In this document: positions 1 through 10,869 of the stretch, in pieces
Layout of the letters: every line of letters begins with the position of its first letter
Position numbering within the stretch: the stretch's first letter is position 1
Source of the DNA: Octopus bimaculoides
Taxonomy: Eukaryota
Assembly: GCF_001194135.2 (NCBI RefSeq)
Contig: NC_068982.1
Location: 90,567,584 to 90,613,697, forward strand
Reading direction: 5' to 3'
DNA: 46,114 nt
The notes under the pieces: generated by a model
What the model was told of the DNA's origin: nothing
The model's input: only the letters and a program-made list of their open reading frames with translations
Database searches by the model: none
Position numbers and translations under genes: made by a program

Positions 1-78
1 AGTAAAACCTCGGTTTTCTAACAACTCCGATCACGAATAAACCGTACTTTATCTCCCGTCTTTCTCGTATTCATTCAA

Positions 79-103
79 TACAGTAGTACCTCGGTTTACG
101 AAC
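79..103 (+). mobile_element. Tc1/mariner (Tigger/pogo-like) terminal inverted repeat end
   Basis: TA followed by CAGTAGTACCTCGGTTTACGAAC resembles Tigger-type TIRs. A similar stub (AGTAAAACCTCGGTTTTCTAAC) is at 1-22. No partner TIR found. Confidence 0.4.
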
Positions 104-126
104 ACTTCTAATCCCGTATAAATCGT

Positions 127-130
<4 letters not shown>

Positions 131-218
<88 letters not shown>

Positions 219-250
219 CATGTATGTATGCATTTATGTATGTATCTGTG
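131..250 (+). repeat. Compound microsatellite (TA)n(TG)n(TATG)n
   Basis: Read directly. Confidence 0.97.
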
Positions 251-469
251 TATCTATGCGTGTATATACCAGTCACTCGTAATCGTACTTTTTGGGTACT
301 GTGTATTATGCGTTCTCTACTAGTTTTAGGTGTCTCTGCAGTGGCAAGCAGATAGAAATAAGGCGGCTCTTGACCCAGCAAACCCCAATATGGAGTAGAA
401 GATGGGGGAAAGGGTTACAGCAGTAATTGTGTCTGTTTGTATTCATTTCATCTAAGTTGATTGAAGTAA

Positions 470-545
470 TGTGAAATGGAGTGCCTTGCTGAAGGATACA
501 CGCGTCTCTCGCTTTAGTAATCGAACCCACAAGCTTAAGAATGAG
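470..545 (-). mobile_element. Degenerate tRNA-derived SINE fragment (same family as 17215-17335)
   Basis: GAAATGGAGTGCCTTGCTGAAGGATACAC...AATCGAACCC is the reverse complement of a B-box plus CTTGA-CAA-CAC-TTCATTTC core. Confidence 0.45.
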
Positions 546-611
546 AATCATCATTGGCATCTCATCATTCCATGAATAAGTGAAGCGTACCTATGGGCGA
601 GACGGATTCAG

Positions 612-641
612 TACACACACACACACACACACATACACACA

Positions 642-675
<34 letters not shown>
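612..675 (+). repeat. (CA)n microsatellite
   Basis: Read directly. Confidence 0.97.
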
Positions 676-679
<4 letters not shown>

Positions 680-1387
680 CTGCGTGTCGATGCATGTGTT
701 TGTGTGTACGTTAATAAATCTGTATTACGGAAAGTTTCATGTACGATAAAAGCCAGTCTAACCCTCTTGATAGGATTATAGCAAGACCACGACTTCTAAA
801 CATGGATGTTGTAGAATAATGAATGACGTTGTCGAACCGGAAGTATAACCATTGGTAGGTGTTATAACCTACTAATTAGAAATACACCAGTAGTAGCATG
901 ACTATGTCAAGTGATTCGACATGTAAGCGCTTTAACGTTTTATCCTTTGTGTACCTGCTTCATTTATAAGCCGAAGCTGGAACAAAAATACAATAATGTC
1001 AGCACCAAATTTACCCTATAGTTGTTGATTACCACCAGCTAAGCCCTGGTTGTGCAGAATTACGCGCAAAGGCCTTCACGATATGACAATCCAGACATTA
1101 AGACATGGTATTTTGAGCAAATATATCAAAACAACTACATCCATAAGAATATCAGAAAATATTTCTTTTTTAAGCATAGGACAATAAATATTTAAGGAAG
1201 TATTTACTCTTTCGCGTATAAAAGGATTTGAAACCAAGTGAATGAGCCCGTAAATAGTTTAGCTATCTCCTTTTCTCCACAGTGAATTTACTATATCAAA
1301 ATAATAGTCGCTTTACGACTTATTTTAATTTTCGTTCGAATTATCTTTAACTGCGAGTTCTTTTGATATTATGCTATTCAATTAAGT

Positions 1388-1724
1388 NNNNNNNNNNNNN
1401 NNNNNNNNNNNNNNNNNNNNNNNNNNNNNNNNNNNNNNNNNNNNNNNNNNNNNNNNNNNNNNNNNNNNNNNNNNNNNNNNNNNNNNNNNNNNNNNNNNNN
1501 NNNNNNNNNNNNNNNNNNNNNNNNNNNNNNNNNNNNNNNNNNNNNNNNNNNNNNNNNNNNNNNNNNNNNNNNNNNNNNNNNNNNNNNNNNNNNNNNNNNN
1601 NNNNNNNNNNNNNNNNNNNNNNNNNNNNNNNNNNNNNNNNNNNNNNNNNNNNNNNNNNNNNNNNNNNNNNNNNNNNNNNNNNNNNNNNNNNNNNNNNNNN
1701 NNNNNNNNNNNNNNNNNNNNNNNN
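1388..1724. other. Assembly gap flanked by an exact 242-bp duplication (1146-1387 = 1725-1966)
   Basis: Identical sequence ends the left contig and starts the right contig, typical of an unmerged overlap. Confidence 0.92.
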
Positions 1725-2146
1725 AGAATATCAGAAAATATTTCTTTTTTAAGCATAGGACAATAAATATTTAAGGAAGTATTTACTCTTTCGCGTATAA
1801 AAGGATTTGAAACCAAGTGAATGAGCCCGTAAATAGTTTAGCTATCTCCTTTTCTCCACAGTGAATTTACTATATCAAAATAATAGTCGCTTTACGACTT
1901 ATTTTAATTTTCGTTCGAATTATCTTTAACTGCGAGTTCTTTTGATATTATGCTATTCAATTAAGTGAAATTAATTTGCAATAATAATTATAAATCTCAA
2001 AACAGAAATTCTGAATCTCATAGAAGCTTTTCCATAAAATTTATTAATCCTAGAGAATTTTTTTCATATCAGTCTACTTGACTTTCGTTGTTTACAGTCT
2101 GTATTGAAAGAATTTATTTCAGAATGTCATTCAGTATGTGTGTGCG

Positions 2147-2372
<226 letters not shown>

Positions 2373-2754
2373 CTGTCTTTTCTCTTTTCCTTCAACTGAC
2401 GTAAAGTTTATGCAGTTTCCAAAAAAAGGAGACGATAAAATTAATGTAATATATGAAGTTTCCAAAAGCATGTTTATATGGCTAATAACTAAGATTTTCA
2501 GAATTGCAATATAGTGGTTTCATCATTCACAGGACTTGTTCGTTCAGTACCTATTATATGCGTGAAGCTCATCGAAATGATATTTCACCGGCAAACAATT
2601 TACTGTTCCGAGCTATGAATAGGTACTCTGGATTACAATCGCTTACTGATGGAAAATATTCACAGTGTGGTATAACTGATTTTTAGTAAAGACCCAAGGC
2701 CAAGAGTTTTGCGTAGTCGTACAGTCGTTTACACTGATTTCGTATTAGATGGCT

Positions 2755-2875
2755 ATTTCATTTTATCGACCATCGGTAGGACAAAGAGCAAAGTCCAACC
2801 GAGGTGGAATTTGAAGCCTGAATATGAAAGTACGTAACTATATACTGTAGTAGCATTTGTCAATCCAGCATCCTT
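2755..2875 (-). mobile_element. SINE family A, degenerate
   Basis: TTTTATCGAC...GCAAAGTC...GAGGTGGAATTTGAA is antisense to the core of the 11374 copy. Confidence 0.7.
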
Positions 2876-3969
2876 ATGGTAAATTTATTCGTTTGTAAGA
2901 TTTGGGATGTTGAATTTAACATCTCAGCAATCCTGACGAAAGTAAATTGAAGCTGCAATAAAGTAGTAAATAAAATCCTTAAATGTCGCGTTTAACTTTG
3001 CCAGTAGATTACGGTCTGGATTATTATTACTGTTTGTAATTGATACCTTATGAGCATCGCTGCACGCACATGTAATCACAAAGCTATCCTCAGTTCCGAA
3101 GATGAAACCAAGAAGTAGCAGATATCCTTACAGAAAGTGCTACTTGACACATTATCACGTCATCATCATAAAATCGTTAATTTTATGATATTCTAAAGAA
3201 AGTAGAAAATCATTCTGAAAATATCACTTTGACCTTAAGGTGCTGTTATTTTCTTCTTGTTAAAGGTGAACGAAAGATTTAATGAAAATGTCATCTTAGT
3301 TTATAAGAAGAGTTCCACTGCTATTGAAACGTTACACACTCTGACTATTAAAGTACATTCCATCGTTAAACTGGAAACACATTTTTGGTCATTTTTTCTT
3401 TTTCTTTTCTTTCTTTATCGATATTGATATTATTGTTTTGGAGATGTATACCGGAAACATTCAGTCTTGAATAAGTATATTGACATTAAAGGAAAATGAA
3501 ATGCTGTAACTGAATTTATTTACAGTTAATTTTATTATCGCCATTAAGTTGTTAATTCCTTCGATCAAGAAATCAAAGATCATATTTGCTGATAATATTT
3601 ACTTCGTTTTATACTGTATCTAAACGCCTTCAAATGTTACTTTTTTCGAACAATCGCCACATATAAGAAGGTATAGCAAACTCATTTAATTTGGAAATTC
3701 TCATTAGATTTAATTACAACAAATATTTCCCGGTAGAAATTTGCTTGCTTTTAAGTTCACATCGAATTCGTTGAATATTCTCAATACAGATGAAATGCAA
3801 AACTAATTTTCGTTGTTTGTTTTTCAGAAAACGTTCAGTTCTGGCTTTTTATTTCCTTTCCATTAATCCGAAACTGATGTAAAATGATTCTTTTCCGGTT
3901 CATTTGCATGTCACTTATTTTTCGGATGATTACCAATGTTTTATATTAGAAAACATTAAGGCCAATCGA

Positions 3970-4200
3970 TTGTCAGAATCGTTAGTGGCTGAAAAAATAT
4001 TTGTTGCATTTTTCCCGGTAGTTTAGAACTGAGTTCAAACCCCACGGAGGTTAAATTTTATTTTCCTTCCTTCATTCTTCCGAGATGAATAAATCAAAAT
4101 ACAAGTCGATACGATCGATCCCAGTAAAGCTAGGATTGGTTGTATCGATTAACTTTTTCCGCAAAAGTTGTTGGTCTTGTGCCTAAATCAGAAACACTAT
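3970..4200 (+). mobile_element. SINE family A, near full length, degenerate
   Basis: A-box-like TGTCAGAATCGTTAG, B-box GAGTTCAAAC, and tail TTGGTCTTGTGCCTAAATCAGAAAC. Confidence 0.75.
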
Positions 4201-5367
4201 TAACAAAATATTTTACTTCAAATTACAGTTTATTCAGCAAAGGACCGTTTACTGAAACCAGTTGATAGGGAAACAATTTTTTGTATTTTGCGTTTCACAA
4301 AATATCTATCAAGTCATCAGACACTGTATATAAGTTAAGTATTGAATTTTTAAAAAATCAGTAATGTTTGAACCGATATTTTTCTGACACAGATGCATTA
4401 TGTGTATATTTATCAGGCACGAGTTGATGAAAAGACTAGTTTCTTGTAACTGTGTAAGTCTAGCCATATGTTTGCATACATGGGACAATGCACTCAGAAT
4501 AGATGAATTTCTTTTTTTATCACATCATGGAGGAAGTTTTAGAATGACGATGAGATTCAAGCTCTAATTTGTGTAGTTTATATTCTATACCACGGAATAG
4601 ATGCAGTATGACAGAATGGTAAAGAGTTTGATTCGTAGCCTCATCATTGAAACCATTAAACTATCCAATTTGAATATCTGAACGATTTCTCTCTCTCATA
4701 AACTCAGTGACTCGAATTTTTGATGGCTTTTTTTACTGTTTCATAAGAAATGAAAAGGGCAATAACCTAAGGAATAAATGGGATTGCAGAGTCGAAATGT
4801 TTGACCGATCATATGCACCGCACTGTTTGTAAATGTATTGATTTCTCTAACAAGAGAAAATAATCGTAAATGCTATGATGAACGGAATTTATAGTGCTGA
4901 GTCTACAACAGGTATTTACTTATATATATACTGATAGAAACCTATATCTAGTTGTTCGGTCTCTTATAAATAGCAACCACATACCTTCAAATCACACATT
5001 ATGATATTTTTTAAATAAACGATACTATTGTTAAAGATATAGACAAAAACAGGGTATGATCAAGGCTGAAAGGTCTTTGATCATAAACCTGCGCACCTAG
5101 GGCTTATCCTCGATTTCAATAACGGAGACTTTATCGACGAAATCGAGGAGCATGGGAATGTTGGTTCTGCAACTATTTCAAGTTAGAATAGCAAAACAAC
5201 AAAATAGTTTATCTCAGTAGCCTACTGTTCTGGTCATTGTTCCAAATATTCTCTACGCAAGTATATCGATTTGCTTTTGAAGAATATAACAACCTGTTTC
5301 TGGGGAGAAAAAATAGATTACAAGCAATATGAATTCACTCATGTGAGACATCAACACTGCATTTGTC

Positions 5368-5469
5368 ACCACACACACGCGCACATACACATACACACAC
5401 TCCACACACACAGACACAAACGCGTACACAAGCGCAACGCACATGCACACACACACACACACGCACAAA

Positions 5470-5513
<44 letters not shown>

Positions 5514-5525
5514 GCACACACATAT
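5368..5525 (+). repeat. Imperfect (CA)n microsatellite
   Basis: Read directly. Confidence 0.95.
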
Positions 5526-5651
5526 ATAGTCTTACTTCTTTCAGTCATTGGACTGCGGCATGTTGGAGCACTCCTTGTATTGTTAGTCGAAAAATCGTCC
5601 CAGTACTCAGTTTAGGGCTATCTTCGAACGAACCCCTAGTTTAGAGGAACG

Positions 5652-5994
5652 NNNNNNNNNNNNNNNNNNNNNNNNNNNNNNNNNNNNNNNNNNNNNNNNN
5701 NNNNNNNNNNNNNNNNNNNNNNNNNNNNNNNNNNNNNNNNNNNNNNNNNNNNNNNNNNNNNNNNNNNNNNNNNNNNNNNNNNNNNNNNNNNNNNNNNNNN
5801 NNNNNNNNNNNNNNNNNNNNNNNNNNNNNNNNNNNNNNNNNNNNNNNNNNNNNNNNNNNNNNNNNNNNNNNNNNNNNNNNNNNNNNNNNNNNNNNNNNNN
5901 NNNNNNNNNNNNNNNNNNNNNNNNNNNNNNNNNNNNNNNNNNNNNNNNNNNNNNNNNNNNNNNNNNNNNNNNNNNNNNNNNNNNNNNNNNNNNN
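5652..5994. other. Assembly gap
   Basis: N run. Confidence 0.99.
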
Positions 5995-6150
5995 ATATAC
6001 ATAAACACACATACGAAGGGTTTCCACACAGTTTCCTTTACCAAATTCACATGGTATTGGTCGGTCAAGGACAATTGCAGAAATATGTACCCAAGGTGCT
6101 GCACCATGGAACTGAGCCGAACCTACGTGTATGTGAAGTGAAAGTCTTGA
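5995..6150 (-). mobile_element. SINE family B 5' half, degenerate
   Basis: CACAGTTTCC..TACCAAATTCAC...CCCAAGGTGCTGCACCATGGAACTGA matches the better copy at 16570-16735. Confidence 0.7.
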
Positions 6151-7173
6151 CCAAATGTGTTTTTACTAGATGTTTTTACTAGATGTTAAAAAGAAATACA
6201 TTGATAAATGTGGTACGATTTCATCTCAGACAATTGAACGACGAAATTTTATATTGCTAGTATTTTGTCCAGAAAATATTGTTAGTATTTTGTTCGGAAA
6301 ATTATCGGAAAATTTAAATTTGCAGATCCTTCACATACTTTCGACTCAATTTCAAGGTGCTCCACCTTGCTTAAAGATATATATTCAATGGAACACAGTT
6401 TGCTAATCTCCTTTTCTGACCAGAAAGGAGTGGGAAACAGATTTGATTTATAATTGTATATTAATTATATATTAGGGCCCTTAATTGTATATTAAGAAAT
6501 TACTTTGATCAGTAATAGTACGTATAAGAATTAAAATATAGCTATTCAAGAATCGGAACAGTCATTTATACCTGGATAGCGTTCTAAAACACAGAGATGA
6601 AATTGACTCAATATCGGATTCAGGTTGTATATCCAGGAATGTTTCATTTGATATAATTTTGACATTTTACTGCATGCAATTAAAGTGAAATTATTCTCAT
6701 TTGCATAAATTGATTAATGGACTACGGTGTTGGCTTTACTGTGTAGGACATTACAAAATGTTTTGTCTGTAGCATATTTTTCAACACCACATCAGAAATT
6801 TTTACTTTTATTACTAATGACATGAATTATGTACTTGTTGTCAATTGCTACTTCGTTTAATTTTATTAACTAAAGGTGAAGCTCTAAAGGCTTCATTCTT
6901 TTTAACCTGTTAAAGTAGGTAGCCTATTGCTGAATAAGTTCGACATTCGTACAATCTTTGAAGTGAAGAAGTATAAGTCATTATATGCATACGATTTGGT
7001 AATACTCAGTTTTACATTTTTTTGTTTTCATTATAGTTTACACGATATTAAAAAAATATTAGTTTCTCTCAATTTGCATAGAAGGAAAAGAAAACACAAT
7101 ATCCCATCCCGAAATAAAAGTATTTTGAAAAATCAAAAAACTGTCAACTATATTATGGTTAAGAAATAGCAGT

Positions 7174-7377
7174 TTACTCAAAATAGCCACCCTCAGCTTC
7201 CACCACGGCCTCAAGACGACTCCAGAACCTAGCGCATCCTCGAATACCTCCTTGATCTTAGCCACTGCGCAGTACTTTTAGGGAAGCACCTGTCACAATA
7301 GCTCCGGAGGACAACCGATATGGATGTGTGAGTTTGGTAAGCGAAAAGTGTGGAGGAAAAGTCGCATATATGTACGA
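7174..7377 (-). mobile_element. Internally deleted Tc1/mariner-superfamily transposon remnant (transposase C-terminus)
   Basis: Minus strand 7230-7174 translates to RFWSRLEAVVEAEGGYFE*, preceded out of frame by VAKIKEVFED. This is the typical C-terminus of mariner/maT-type transposases. Confidence 0.65.
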
Positions 7378-7477
7378 NNNNNNNNNNNNNNNNNNNNNNN
7401 NNNNNNNNNNNNNNNNNNNNNNNNNNNNNNNNNNNNNNNNNNNNNNNNNNNNNNNNNNNNNNNNNNNNNNNNNNNNN
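7378..7477. other. Assembly gap (exactly 100 N, probably of unknown size)
   Basis: N run. Confidence 0.99.
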
Positions 7478-7546
7478 GAATGTCCTCACATTTCTATACA
7501 GCATATTTTGCTTTTTTCCTTCCAGTACATAAGCAACAATTTCATT

Positions 7547-7575
7547 CCCGGGCAATGCCGGGTTGCTCTGCTAAT
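7547..7575 (+). mobile_element. Helitron-type 3' terminus
   Basis: GC-rich hairpin CCCGG-GCAATG-CCGGG, then 8 nt, then CTAA|T (a CTRR end followed by T). Confidence 0.65.
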
Positions 7576-7807
7576 CATATATATAATAATCAAAATGAAA
7601 AATGCCTTAAAATGTATTTTACATGGGGTAAATATTATGCCGTATACAACTCAATATATTGAGTGAAATATACGGTTATACTAATTTTATTAAATACTCC
7701 TAATAGGGCAGGCTGTGAATGTAAATTTGAGAAGAGGTTGTTTAGTTTTATAAGGTTCAGTGAACATTAAATATACCAGAGTGGGTTGGATAATAAATGT
7801 CTTAATA

Positions 7808-7904
7808 TTGTGTGTGTGTTTGTTTCGGTAAGAGCGTTTGTGTGTGTGTATGTGTGTGTGTATGTGTATGTGTGTGTATGTGTGTGTGAGTACGCTTCTG
7901 CATG

Positions 7905-7954
<50 letters not shown>

Positions 7955-7955
7955 C
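7808..7955 (+). repeat. (TG)n and (GATA)n microsatellites
   Basis: Read directly. Confidence 0.95.
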
Positions 7956-8221
7956 AAAAATAGATATACGCGGGCGTGTATGATTCTGTGTAGAAGAATA
8001 TATTACTCAAGGAAATTCCAGCTTTGATTTGCACTTTGTATTTACAATCTTATAATAATATAATATAATGAACCTGAAGATTGCGTAGTTTAATGCATGA
8101 AAGTACTACTTCAAACAAAATGGATATTTAATATTCTATCATTTCATTATATTAAATTATTATAAGACTGTAAAACGGAAATATCAGACAATTTCGGAAT
8201 TTCTTTGAGCAATATATATAT

Positions 8222-8383
8222 NNNNNNNNNNNNNNNNNNNNNNNNNNNNNNNNNNNNNNNNNNNNNNNNNNNNNNNNNNNNNNNNNNNNNNNNNNNNNNN
8301 NNNNNNNNNNNNNNNNNNNNNNNNNNNNNNNNNNNNNNNNNNNNNNNNNNNNNNNNNNNNNNNNNNNNNNNNNNNNNNNNNNN
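8222..8383. other. Assembly gap within (TA)n
   Basis: N run flanked by TA repeats. Confidence 0.99.
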
Positions 8384-9532
8384 TATATATATATATATAT
8401 ATATGCATGAGTGTAATATGTGTGTGTGTGTGTGTACGTACAAACACATGCAGTCATATATTCAGATTCTCATCCATTTATTAATATGTCTATGCAGGTG
8501 GCCTAAAAAATTATATTACTACAATAATAAATGACAATGTTACATCTCAGAAGCAATTGCAATGAATTCATAGAAGAGCATCGAAGCACTTCAATAAAGA
8601 GGGAGCCTAAACGCATATACACGCCAGTACGTGTATATACATGTATTTGTATTTATAATAGCACATACGCACACACTAAGACCAAAAATGACTTCAAGCA
8701 GATGTGAATATTCACGTGCAAAATTTTGTCTAAGTGTGTTTTAATTTGATATTCAACGTTTCTAATTGTTTGATGCCATATTTCGAGGAATCAGACGTTT
8801 AACCCTTAAACGCGACAAGCGGATATATGAGCTCAAAATTTGGCAGACAAATTTTCAACAATTCATATTTTAGGTATTTTTGTATATGACAGGATGTATT
8901 GATAGTACATGCTTCTCTCCACAGAAGAAATAAATGACAAAAATGCTCTGAAAATAACCGTTAAACAAAGGGAACTTACTATGTAAATGACCGTTATTAA
9001 GACAAACAAAAGAGCTATTAGAATGACCGTTAAATAAAGGGAGAAAACCCGAAGGAGAGAAAGTAAAAAACGCTCATAGAATTCGCGTATGTGCGCATGT
9101 ACATACATACAAATGCGGGCACGCACACCCACGTACATGTGCCTATAAGCATATGCTCACTCACACTCGCGTGAAACACATTCCTGCACACCAACACACA
9201 CACACACCTATATGTATACATATATATGCAACCATACACATGTACACATATACATACCCGCACACACGCGCATACACATGTATATATACCCATACGGGCA
9301 AAAATATGTTCATATACACGTCTATATACGCACATGCACAAACAAATGCAGGGTGAAATGTAATATACAGAAAAAATATATAAAAATATATAAAGCAATA
9401 AAAGTATATAAAAATATATTTAAATATACATATATACTCTCTCTCTTCCCTTTCCCGAGCGTCTAATAACACTATCCGTATCACGTCCTCACTTTGTTGT
9501 TTTTTTGTTATTGTTTTTTGTCTTTTTTTGAA

Positions 9533-9535
<3 letters not shown>

Positions 9536-9608
<73 letters not shown>
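9536..9608 (+). repeat. (TA)n(GA)n microsatellite
   Basis: Read directly; lies next to the PLE left arm. Confidence 0.97.
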
Positions 9609-9611
<3 letters not shown>

Positions 9612-9620
9612 AATGCTTGT

Positions 9621-9916
9621 ACGTGAACACAATATAAAAAGAAGGTTCTATCTGCGATCTTGGAGGACCAAAAAGATAAGAAATATTTAGCCATATTTGG
9701 ACATGATCCGAAAAGCTTAGTTCTTGAATTTAGATATGTAGCGGGGTCTAAGCTGGGAAGTAAGGGGGTGTGAACCAGATAGTTTTCCTATTTCAGTTTC
9801 TTTTTCTTTATTATTGAATTGGTGACAGGTGTATAGGTTATTTCCTCGCTAAATCAACTATCCTTTAGAGCATTATTATATACTGGGATGACACTAATAG
9901 AAATGTCCCTATCGGA
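9621..9916 (-). mobile_element. Penelope-like element 1, inverted partial copy
   Basis: Minus strand reads SDRDISISVIPVYNNALKDS*FSEEITYTP...RKTIWFTPPY, then jumps to a ~135-bp copy of the 3' end found at 10650-10785. Confidence 0.85.
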
Positions 9917-9919
9917 TTT

Positions 9920-10784
9920 AATGTCCCTTAGATTTACATAAGAATATTTACAAACCTTATAGGAAGCCCAACGATAGACTTAACTATATTAATGTAGATT
10001 CCTGCCATCCCCACATAGTGTTTAAAGATTTATTTAAAAACATTAGTAAAAGAATTTCCAGCCTCTCCTCCGATAGGAAAACTATCGGGTTCACACTCCC
10101 TTACTCCCTGAAGTGACCATTAGTATAGGTAAATAATTCTTAGCACTATAGATAGAGATTTTCCAATCAATCATAGTTACAGAAAGCTCTTCAATAGGCA
10201 TAACTTAAAAATCAGTTTTAGCTCAACTACTAATTTTAAAAATATAATCGTACAGAACACACATAAACAACAGAATGAAACTAGCTGTTCATGCATAGAT
10301 AAAACTTTCTGCCCGCTAAATGGAGCTTGCATGTCCGAGACCATCATTTATGACGCCACCGTAGACTCTACAACCACTAAGGACATTGTTTCGTCAAAGA
10401 AACATTACTATGTGGTTCTCAGAGGAGGTGAAATTTAAAACCAGGTTCAACTATCACACCTTGAGTTTCAGGCACTGGCATAAAAGAAAAATAACCTAAT
10501 TATCCAGTCATATATGGTCCTTAAAAGAAAAAGTTGTCAATTACAACATCCATTGGAAGACTTTAGCCAAGTGTAAGCCTTACACCAACTGCAGTGGAAA
10601 GTGCGTTCTTTGGAAGTGCGGATATTGAAAGATGGCTCATCTGGAAAAGCAGCTTACACCCCGCTACATGTCTAAATTCAAGAACTGAACTTTTTGGATC
10701 ATGTCCACATATGGCTGAATATTTATTACATTTTTGGTCCCCACAAGATCACAGATAGAACCAGCTTCTCAAAATGTGTCCACG

Positions 10785-10785
<1 letters not shown>
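9920..10785 (+). mobile_element. Penelope-like element 1: RT C-terminus, Cys linker and GIY-YIG endonuclease (pseudogenised)
   Basis: Frameshifted translation gives YKPYRKPNDRLNYINVDSCHP..KRISSLSSD; DFPINHSYRKLFNRHNLKISFS; CSCIDKTFCPLNGAC..IIYDATV; RFNYHTLSFRH..LSSHIWSLKE..YNIHWKTLAKCKPY..KC; LNSRTELFGSCPH. These are characteristic PLE motifs. Confidence 0.88.

Positions 10786-10826
<41 letters not shown>
10786..10826 (+). repeat. (TA)n microsatellite between PLE and RTE
   Basis: Read directly. Confidence 0.97.
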
Positions 10827-10831
<5 letters not shown>

Positions 10832-10869
10832 TTATATATATATTTACATATTTTTATATACATTAATTT

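Noticed and set aside
1146-1966. 242-bp exact direct repeat around a gap
   Set aside because: Identical sequence abuts both gap edges; typical unmerged contig overlap, not biology.
9881-9892. Apparent YWDD (YRDD-like) RT motif on the plus strand upstream of PLE-1
   Set aside because: This segment is better explained as the minus-strand copy (VIPVYNNALK), so the match is coincidental.
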